From: Gemmatimonadaceae bacterium
GTDB lineage: Bacteria > Gemmatimonadota > Gemmatimonadetes > Gemmatimonadales > Gemmatimonadaceae
DNA length: 64,000 bases
NCBI GenBank assembly: GCA_045803545.1
Contig: JBJMOW010000002.1
Span: forward strand, 352,001-416,000
Reading direction: 5' to 3'
Shown here: in pieces, positions 56,632 to 64,000 of the stretch
Position numbering within the stretch: position 1 is the first letter of the stretch
Layout: every line of letters begins with the position of its first letter
Made by a program: the position numbers and the translations under genes
Notes under the pieces: generated by a model
What the model was told of the DNA's origin: nothing
Database searches by the model: none
The model's input: the letters and a program-made list of their open reading frames with translations, nothing else

Positions 56632-57989
56632 GCGGCTTCTGGACATACGATCGTATCGCCGATGCTTTGGCGGAAGAAGCTGTCGGCAAATTGCCGCGCG
56701 GATCGACGGAGACGGCGGGGATCACGACCGACACTCGCAAAATTGCGAAGGGAAATGTTTTCCTCGCGCTCAGGGGCGAGCGGTTTGACGGGCATGACTA
56801 TCTGAGCGACGCGGTTCGCGACGGCGCCGCTGCGGTCATCGTCTCAAGGGCGCCGAAACTCAACGTGCTTGGCGTTCCCGTGTTCGAGGTGCGTGATACT
56901 CTGGTCGCGCTAGGCGCGCTCGGCCGCTATTGGCGCCGCGCCTGGGGAAAGCCGATAGTCGGCGTGGCTGGTAGTAACGGCAAGACCAGCACGAAGGATC
57001 TGCTCCGCGCCGCGCTCGGTCAGACCTTCAACATCCACGCGACGACCGGCAATCTCAACAATCGCATCGGAGTTCCGCTATCACTGCTTTCGATTCCCGC
57101 TGACGCGGAGATCGCAGTGATCGAGCTCGGTACCAGCCTTCCCGGTGAAGTTGCCATTCTTCGTGACATCGCGGAGCCTAACATCGCGCTCGTCACGTCG
57201 ATCGCTGAGGAACACCTGGAGGGTCTTGGCGATCTCGTCGGTGTGCTGAAGGAGGAAGTCGCAGTTTACGAAGGAGTCGAAGTCGGAATCGCACCATCTG
57301 CCCAGCCCGAAATTGCCGCAGCCGCACGCGGGAAAGCGCAACGCCTGATCGTGGCGGGTCTGGATAAGTCAGCGGACGTGACGCCGGCGCGATGGGAAAT
57401 CGGACCCGATGGGTTGGGCGTGATCGAGATCGAAGGTGTCACGGTTAAACCGCCGGTTCGCGGTGTTCATAATTTGCGCAACGCCATGCTCGCGCTCGCC
57501 GTTGCTCGGGAGTGCGGTGTGACGTACGAAGCCGCGGCAGAGGGCATCGCAAAAATGCCGCAGCCAAAGATGCGGTCGGCGTGGGAACAGGTGGGTGCAG
57601 TTACACTCATCAACGATGCGTACAACGCCAATCCTGGTTCGACACGTGCTGCGATCGAGCTCCTCAAGGCCACCGGTACCGGACGGCAGAGGGTAATCGT
57701 CCTTGGTACGATGCGGGAGTTGGGCGCCGCTTCCCAGCAATGTCACGCCGACATCGCTGAGTTGGCTCTGGCATCCGGCGCCGACATCGTTGCAGGAATC
57801 GGCGAGTTCGCGCCGGCATTGGAGAAGCGTGACGGCGGTGATCGAGTGATTACCGCTTCCGATGTCGACGAGCTCTGGCCGCAACTGCAGGCGCGGCTGC
57901 AGCGTGACGCAATTGTTTTACTGAAGGCATCTAGAGGTGTGCAGCTCGAGCGCATCGTTCCACACTTAACGACCTGGGCCACGGCATAG
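56628..57989 (+). CDS. murF: MurF ligase
   Basis: GSNGKTSTK, GNLNN.IGVP, DAYNANP, LKASRG. Confidence 0.95.
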   Translation: MSGFWTYDRIADALAEEAVGKLPRGSTETAGITTDTRKIAKGNVFLALRGERFDGHDYLSDAVRDGAAAVIVSRAPKLNVLGVPVFEVRDTLVALGALGRYWRRAWGKPIVGVAGSNGKTSTKDLLRAALGQTFNIHATTGNLNNRIGVPLSLLSIPADAEIAVIELGTSLPGEVAILRDIAEPNIALVTSIAEEHLEGLGDLVGVLKEEVAVYEGVEVGIAPSAQPEIAAAARGKAQRLIVAGLDKSADVTPARWEIGPDGLGVIEIEGVTVKPPVRGVHNLRNAMLALAVARECGVTYEAAAEGIAKMPQPKMRSAWEQVGAVTLINDAYNANPGSTRAAIELLKATGTGRQRVIVLGTMRELGAASQQCHADIAELALASGADIVAGIGEFAPALEKRDGGDRVITASDVDELWPQLQARLQRDAIVLLKASRGVQLERIVPHLTTWATA

Positions 57990-59137
57990 TGCTGAACTAT
58001 TTGCTTGTTCCGTTCGTCGGAGTGCCTCACTTCGGGTTTCTGCGGCTGTTTCAGTGGATCACCTTCCGTGCAGCTGGCGCAGCTGTCACCGCACTGCTGA
58101 TTACCTGGCTGATTGGTCCCGGCATCATGCGCCGGCTGCGTCGCATGCGCCTCCATCAGGTGATTCGGGAAGGGACCCCCGACGCGCACCAGCAGAAGGG
58201 AAGGACGCCGACGATGGGCGGGCTCATCATTCTTGGCGCGACGTTGATCAGCACGCTCATGTGGGCACGCCTCGACAACCGCTACGTGTTGATTGCGATG
58301 ATCTGCATGGCGTGGATGGGCGCGATCGGCTTCCTGGATGACTTTCTCAAGCTCAAACAGAAGCTGGCGGGAAAGAAAAACACGGGTCTGGTGGAGAGCT
58401 ACAAGCTGGCGGGGCAGATAACGCTCGGTTTCGCCGTCGGATACTACCTCTGGAAGCACCCACTCTCCTCTCTACCAGGCGCATCAACGACTCTGCCGTT
58501 TTACAAATACATCCTCATCGTGCCCGTCACGGCAGGTCTCGGTTGGCTCTACGTGTTGTTCGTGACGTTCGTGATGACCGGCGCCAGCAATGCCGTAAAC
58601 ATCACCGACGGACTCGACGGTCTTGCGGCCGGTCTGACGGCGATTGCCGCGCTCACTTTTGCGTTCTACGCCTACGTCGTTGGGCGCGTCGATGCGAGTC
58701 AGTACCTGCACGTTTACTTCCTGCGTGGCTCGGGCGAGCTGACTGTGTTTTGCGCTTCGCTGATGGGGGCTTGTATCGGGTTCCTTTGGTACAACACCCA
58801 TCCCGCCGAAGTCTTCATGGGCGACACCGGATCACTCGCGCTCGGCGGAGCACTCGCGGCCGTGTCGATTCTGTTGAAGTCCGAATTCCTGCTGCTGCTC
58901 GTCGGTGCCGTATTCGTTGCGGAAATGTTCTCGGTCATTCTGCAGCGGTTCGTGTTCAAGTATCGGAAGCGGAGATATGGCCTCGAGTACGCGCGTGAGC
59001 ATCGAGTGTTCAAGCGAGCGCCTTTGCATCATCACTTCGAGGTGAAAGGCTGGGATGAGGCGCAGGTCGTGGTGCGCTTCTGGATCCTTGGCGTTCTGTC
59101 CGCCTTTATTGCCCTGAGCACGCTGAAATTGAGATGA
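57989..59137 (+). CDS. mraY: Phospho-MurNAc-pentapeptide translocase
   Basis: TPTMGG, NAVNITDGLDGL, FMGDTGS, APLHHHFE. Confidence 0.97.
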   Translation: MLNYLLVPFVGVPHFGFLRLFQWITFRAAGAAVTALLITWLIGPGIMRRLRRMRLHQVIREGTPDAHQQKGRTPTMGGLIILGATLISTLMWARLDNRYVLIAMICMAWMGAIGFLDDFLKLKQKLAGKKNTGLVESYKLAGQITLGFAVGYYLWKHPLSSLPGASTTLPFYKYILIVPVTAGLGWLYVLFVTFVMTGASNAVNITDGLDGLAAGLTAIAALTFAFYAYVVGRVDASQYLHVYFLRGSGELTVFCASLMGACIGFLWYNTHPAEVFMGDTGSLALGGALAAVSILLKSEFLLLLVGAVFVAEMFSVILQRFVFKYRKRRYGLEYAREHRVFKRAPLHHHFEVKGWDEAQVVVRFWILGVLSAFIALSTLKLR

Positions 59138-60510
59138 CCCCGCGCGAGCTCGCGCCGCGCGAGAGCGAGATCGCCGTGATCGGTCTCGCTCGCAGCGGTC
59201 GCGCCGTTGCTACACTCCTCAAAAAGCACGGCTACAAGGTTTATGCGTCCGACATCGCATCGTCTCCCGACACCGGTCTCGTTGCAGAGCAGTTGCGTGC
59301 GCTCGGCGTCGCGGTGGACATCGGCGTTCACGATCTGGACCGCATTGCCAAATCTGCGCTCGTAGTCACCAGCCCCGGTGTGCCGCCTACGGCCAAGCCA
59401 CTCGCGTTCGCGAGGGAAAAGGGAATTACAGTGGCTAGCGAGGTTGAGATCGCCCTCAACTTCCTCGACGCTCCAAGCATCATCGCTACGACAGGAACCA
59501 ACGGCAAAACAACGACTACTGCGTTGATCGCACATTTGCTGCGGGGGCTAGATCGCAACGCTGTGGAAGCGGGCAACATCGGCACTCCACTTTCGGAGAT
59601 CGCGCTCCGCGAGCAGCAACCGAAGTGGATCTCGCTCGAAGTCTCCTCGTTTCAGCTGCACGACACACCCGGTATCAAGCCGCTGGTCGGGGTTCTAACC
59701 AACCTGAGTCCGGATCATCTCGACCGCTACTCGAGCGTGCAGGAATACTACGCGGACAAGGCGCGCCTTTTCGCCAATGCTTACGGAGAGTCGGCGTGGG
59801 TTGTGAATGGCGACGACAAGACGGTGATGCAGATGGTCGCCGATGTGGCTGGCCACAAATACACCTTCTCGCTGGTCGACGAGGCCGACGCTTTTCTCGA
59901 CCCCCGCACCGGAGAGCTGGTACTACTCGGCGCGCCTTTGCTCTCGCGCAAGGATCTCCCGCTGCTCGGCGCACACAACGTGGCCAATGCATTGGCGGCA
60001 TCGCTCGCAGTGGCAGCCGCCGATCGCGAGCACCAAACCCCGCAGGCGCGCAAAGGAATCGCCAAGGCGCTGGCGACCTTCCGGTCGTTGCCACACCGGC
60101 TCGAGCTCGTTGGCGAGTTCCATGGTGTGCAGTGGATCAACGATTCCAAAGCGACCAATGTCAGCTCAGCCGCTGTCGCGATTGACGGGATGGAGCGTCC
60201 GACCGTCCTATTGCTCGGTGGTCGTCACAAGGGCGAGACGTACACAGGACTGGCCGAGCCGATTCGCAGCAAGGTGAAGCGGGTGATCGCATACGGGGAG
60301 GCGGCATCGATCATCGCGCGTGATCTGCGACCGATAGTCGACGTGCTGAGACTGGGTACGGATTTCAACGAAGTGATGCACGCAGCGCGCGCCGCCGCGA
60401 AACCTGGCGATGCAGTGTTGCTGTCGCCGGCGTGCTCGAGTTACGACATGTTCGCGAATTATGAGGATAGGGGTGAGCGCTTCCGCGCGCTCGCCGCACA
60501 AGAAGCATGA
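59134..60510 (+). CDS. murD: MurD ligase
   Basis: SPGVP, TGTNGKTT, EVSSFQL, NDSKATN, LSPACSSYD. Confidence 0.96.
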   Translation: MTPRELAPRESEIAVIGLARSGRAVATLLKKHGYKVYASDIASSPDTGLVAEQLRALGVAVDIGVHDLDRIAKSALVVTSPGVPPTAKPLAFAREKGITVASEVEIALNFLDAPSIIATTGTNGKTTTTALIAHLLRGLDRNAVEAGNIGTPLSEIALREQQPKWISLEVSSFQLHDTPGIKPLVGVLTNLSPDHLDRYSSVQEYYADKARLFANAYGESAWVVNGDDKTVMQMVADVAGHKYTFSLVDEADAFLDPRTGELVLLGAPLLSRKDLPLLGAHNVANALAASLAVAAADREHQTPQARKGIAKALATFRSLPHRLELVGEFHGVQWINDSKATNVSSAAVAIDGMERPTVLLLGGRHKGETYTGLAEPIRSKVKRVIAYGEAASIIARDLRPIVDVLRLGTDFNEVMHAARAAAKPGDAVLLSPACSSYDMFANYEDRGERFRALAAQEA

Positions 60511-61688
60511 GTGAAACTTCGATCGGCATAACACAACGCTGGCAAATGGGCGCTGAAGCGCGCGCGCTGGTAATCCTGACCGGCGTCATGCTCGCGTTCG
60601 GTCTGGCGTCGGTATACAGCGCCAGTGCCATCGTCGAGATGGAGGCGGGCTACGGTCACGCGTACCTGCTGCTGCGTCAGGTTGGGGGCATCGCGATCGG
60701 GATCATCCTGTTTGCCATCGCAGCGAAGGTCGACGCTCAGATCTGGGAGAAGTGGGCCGGGCCGCTGATGATACTTTCACTGGTTCTGCTCGCTATCGTC
60801 ATTCTCCCGTTCACAGCCGCGATTGCACCGCGGGTTCACGGGTCACGGCGTTATTTATTCGGTACTTCGCTTCAACCGTCGGAGCTCGCCAAACTCGCGG
60901 TCGTCGTCTGGACTGCGATGCTGGTAGTAAAGAAAGGCGAGATGCTTCGTCGGTTGACCAAAGGTCTCCTGCCATTCCTGGTTGTTATTGGCGCGTTGGA
61001 CCTGCTCGCAATGCTCGAGCCTGATTTGTCTACCGCGATGATGTTCACGCTGATGATGGGAATCATACTCTTTGCCGGGGACGTGCGGATTGGACATTTC
61101 GTCGCCCTCGGCGTGCTGCTGATTCCATTGGTTTACGTGAAGATCGAACGCCTGAACTACGTTTTGCTGCGGATGTCGGCTTTTTTTGATCCAGGCAAAG
61201 CACCAGAGGTGAACTACCAGCTCAAACAATCGTTGATTGCCGTCGGATCGGGTCAGATCTTTGGCGTCGGCTTTGGGAAGGGCAGACAGCAATACGGATT
61301 CCTCCCATTCGGATACGACGACTTCATCGCGGCCCATATTGGAGAAGAGTGGGGCTTTATCGGAATCGTGCTCCTGATAATTGCGTTCGCAGTTTTTGGT
61401 GCGCTGGGTTTCAGAATCGCGCGGAAGGCACGCACGCCCTTTCTCCAGCTCGTCGCCGTTGGGCTGACCGTCACTGTTGTGCTGACAGCTTACCTCCATA
61501 TCGGCGTGGCAATCGGTTTGCTTCCCACAACCGGGTTGACCCTCCCATTTATTTCTTACGGTCGCTCTAACCTTGTGCTCTCGCTCGTAATGACTGGCAT
61601 CCTCGTCAATATCGGCAGTACGCGCGGCAGTTCTTCGACGCGTACCACAACCGGCCCTGTTGGTCTGCTCGCGCTGCCAGCGCGATGA
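60507..61688 (+). CDS. ftsW: SEDS glycosyltransferase FtsW
   Basis: LQPSELAK, EPDL, DFI...GEE.G, TLPFISYG. Confidence 0.94.
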   Translation: MSETSIGITQRWQMGAEARALVILTGVMLAFGLASVYSASAIVEMEAGYGHAYLLLRQVGGIAIGIILFAIAAKVDAQIWEKWAGPLMILSLVLLAIVILPFTAAIAPRVHGSRRYLFGTSLQPSELAKLAVVVWTAMLVVKKGEMLRRLTKGLLPFLVVIGALDLLAMLEPDLSTAMMFTLMMGIILFAGDVRIGHFVALGVLLIPLVYVKIERLNYVLLRMSAFFDPGKAPEVNYQLKQSLIAVGSGQIFGVGFGKGRQQYGFLPFGYDDFIAAHIGEEWGFIGIVLLIIAFAVFGALGFRIARKARTPFLQLVAVGLTVTVVLTAYLHIGVAIGLLPTTGLTLPFISYGRSNLVLSLVMTGILVNIGSTRGSSSTRTTTGPVGLLALPAR

Positions 61689-62785
61689 GGGTTTTCTTTG
61701 CCGGAGGCGGCACGGGTGGACACCTCTATCCCGGCCTCGCCATCGCTCGCGCACTCCGACAAGCTGACTCACACATAGAGCCATTCTTCATCGGCGCGCG
61801 CCGCGGGATCGAGAAAGACGTGTTGCCGCAAGCAGGATTCGCTTTCGAGCTGCTCGATCTCCATCCACTCTATCGCTCGCGTCCCTGGGAGAACTGGAAA
61901 ACCATTCGCGGCGCACTCGGTTCCTGGCGCCAGATTGCGGCTGAAGCGAGGAGCGAGGCGCCCGCGTGCGTCGTGGGCACCGGCGGCTATGCATCCGGGC
62001 TCGCGCTCGGTTACGCAACCGTGCACCACATTCCGTTCATCCTTCAGGAACAGAATAACTTTCCGGGAATCACAGCTCGCTTCTTCAGCCGGTACGCGTC
62101 TCAGGTACACCTCGGATTTCCCGAGGCGCGTCGATACCTGAAGCCGTCGAAGCAGACTGAAGTCTTTGACACCGGCAATCCGATCGAGCCGCCGCCTGCT
62201 GATGCTCAGAACAAGCGAGCGGGTCGAGCCCACTGGAAGTTCCCATCCGAAGGAAAGGTGCTGCTCGTCTACGGCGGCAGTCAGGGATCGCAGGCGATGA
62301 ACGAAGTCGTCGCAAAATGGATCGATAAGGGATTGCCACGCGATCTCCATATCATCTGGGCGACCGGCAAAGCGAATTACGATAAGCTGGCGCATTACGA
62401 AAGCGCGGCCGTCAAAGTGCGCGCGTACATCGCTCCAATTTCTGAAGCCTATCGCGCTGCGGATTTCGCATTGTCTCGTGGCGGGGCGATGGCGACCGCG
62501 GAGCTATGCGCGTGGGGCATCCCGGCAATCGTAGTCCCCCTACCGACTGCCGCCGCCGACCATCAAACAGCCAATGCAAAGGCGCTCGCCGCTGCCGGCG
62601 CCGCGGAGATGATTCGCCAATCGCAGCTCTCGGTCGACTCGTTATCGAGTTCGGTCGAGTCGATGCTGCGCGACCCCGCAAAGTTGACACAGATGCGAGA
62701 GAAAGCGCTGCAGCGAGCGCGGCCGAACGCAGCGGCGGACATCGCCAAACAGATCTTACGCCTCGTCGCTAGCAGCAAGCGCTGA
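61685..62785 (+). CDS. murG: MurG glycosyltransferase
   Basis: GGGTGGH, GTGGY, EQN, GGSQG, HQ..NA. Confidence 0.96.
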   Translation: MRVFFAGGGTGGHLYPGLAIARALRQADSHIEPFFIGARRGIEKDVLPQAGFAFELLDLHPLYRSRPWENWKTIRGALGSWRQIAAEARSEAPACVVGTGGYASGLALGYATVHHIPFILQEQNNFPGITARFFSRYASQVHLGFPEARRYLKPSKQTEVFDTGNPIEPPPADAQNKRAGRAHWKFPSEGKVLLVYGGSQGSQAMNEVVAKWIDKGLPRDLHIIWATGKANYDKLAHYESAAVKVRAYIAPISEAYRAADFALSRGGAMATAELCAWGIPAIVVPLPTAAADHQTANAKALAAAGAAEMIRQSQLSVDSLSSSVESMLRDPAKLTQMREKALQRARPNAAADIAKQILRLVASSKR

Positions 62786-62819
62786 GCACGCGGCCTGCGC
62801 GGCGCTTAACCTTCACACG

Positions 62820-64000
62820 ATGACCAACAACGACACGCGTCCGATTCACTTCGTCGGGATCGCCGGCGCGGGAATGCGTGCGCTCGCCGAGCTGCTGGTA
62901 CGTCGAGGCGTTGCGGTGTCCGGCTGCGATGCCAATCCCGGTAGAGTCGAAGATCTGGAGGCGTTGGGCATCAAAGTCCTGAAAGGACACAGCCCTGATC
63001 ACGTGGACAGCGCGCGCGAGCTCATTGTGACGTCGGCCATGAATCGCAATCACCCCGAGATCGTGCGCGCCCGCGAGCTTGGGATTCCGGTGACCCGGCG
63101 CGCGGAAGCGCTGGCCAAAGCCGTTGAGCACGGCAAGGTCGTCGGCGTGGCGGGCACTCATGGAAAAACCACGACGACCGTAATGACGACAGCCGCACTC
63201 GCAGGAGCCGGTCTCCACCCGACTGGAATTGCGGGTGGTCGAGTAGGCGAGTGGAACGGCAATCTGCGCTACGAGGGCGATGAACTATTTGTCGTGGAGG
63301 CAGACGAATATGATCGCTCTTTTCTGACTCTTTCCCCAACGATCGCCGTAGTAACAAACGTTGAAGCCGATCACCTCGACATCTATCGCGATCTCGACGA
63401 CATCCGATCCAGCTTCGCGCATTTCGTTCGCGGCGCTGCCGCGATCGTCCTTTGCGACGATGACGCCGGGGCTCACTCTCTCGAGCTGCCGCCGAGCGCT
63501 GAGGTGATTCGATTTGGTCTTACATCGCGCGATGCTCGCCTGGTCGCGCGCGATGTGAGACCGAGCGGCGACCGAACCCGCTTCTCGATCGAGTACGACG
63601 GTGACGCGCTTGGGGAGATTGACCTGCGGGTCCCTGGAAATCACAACATTCAGAACGCGCTGGCGGCGATTGGCGTCGGTCTCTCCCTCGGCGTAAAGGT
63701 GGAAGAGATGCGACTTGGGCTTGCAGGCTTCGGTGGGGTCGACCGGAGATTCCAGCGCCTTTGCGAGGTGAAGGGCGTGATCATCATCGACGATTACGCC
63801 CACCATCCCACTGAGATCATGGCGACGTTGCAGGCGGCGCGGTCTGCTTATCCAGGCCGCCGCATCATTGCGGCGTTTCAGCCGCATCTCTTCTCCCGAA
63901 CGCGTGACTTTGCGAGTGAGTTCGGCGGAGCGCTTGCGAAAGCCGATTCAATTTTCCTCGTGGAGATCTATCCGGCTCGAGAGCAGCCCATTGATGGCGT
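62820..64000 (+). CDS. murC: MurC ligase (3' truncated; absent from the ORF track)
   Basis: Manual translation from ATG 62820: IHFVGIAGAGM, AGTHGKTTT, VEADEYD, DDYAHHPTE, FQPH. Confidence 0.95.
   Translation, partial: MTNNDTRPIHFVGIAGAGMRALAELLVRRGVAVSGCDANPGRVEDLEALGIKVLKGHSPDHVDSARELIVTSAMNRNHPEIVRARELGIPVTRRAEALAKAVEHGKVVGVAGTHGKTTTTVMTTAALAGAGLHPTGIAGGRVGEWNGNLRYEGDELFVVEADEYDRSFLTLSPTIAVVTNVEADHLDIYRDLDDIRSSFAHFVRGAAAIVLCDDDAGAHSLELPPSAEVIRFGLTSRDARLVARDVRPSGDRTRFSIEYDGDALGEIDLRVPGNHNIQNALAAIGVGLSLGVKVEEMRLGLAGFGGVDRRFQRLCEVKGVIIIDDYAHHPTEIMATLQAARSAYPGRRIIAAFQPHLFSRTRDFASEFGGALAKADSIFLVEIYPAREQPIDG

Noticed and set aside
1..64000. CRISPR array, rRNA, IS elements
   Set aside because: No regularly spaced repeats, rRNA-like or transposase-like sequence seen; the window is nearly fully coding.

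Overview
GC-rich bacterial chromosome segment, almost entirely + strand. Gene content and order resemble Gemmatimonadota (inference, no search run). Layout: (1) lysC-dapB-[lipoprotein]-dapA-dapD-aroA-cmk-rpsA; (2) an accessory block with a PAS-DHp-REC protein lacking an ATPase domain, a REC-HD-GYP protein, YpfJ peptidase, DinB, MFS, a PAS/GAF kinase, topoisomerase IB overlapping an HNH nuclease, and an SDR; (3) a three-gene acyl-CoA carboxylase interrupted by an RlmD-like methyltransferase; (4) rplM-rpsI-rpsB-tsf-pyrH-frr-cdsA-dxr-rseP; (5) yggS-divIVA-ileS-dksA-lspA-rluD running directly into a 14-gene chemosensory cluster; (6) rfbB, tRNA-Val, an exported TPR protein and the dcw cluster (rsmH to partial murC, no mraZ). 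The best candidate for an undescribed system is at 37011-48548. It is a cheW-cheY-cheA-cheC...cheR-cheB cluster with no chemoreceptor gene, into which a MglA GTPase, three Roadblock/MglB-like proteins, a large TPR protein and two DUF4388-like proteins (one with a tandem MshEN-like c-di-GMP motif) are inserted. Other points: probable CTG start codons, candidate leaderless genes and a GIHH-type IleRS2. All calls come from manual motif recognition.
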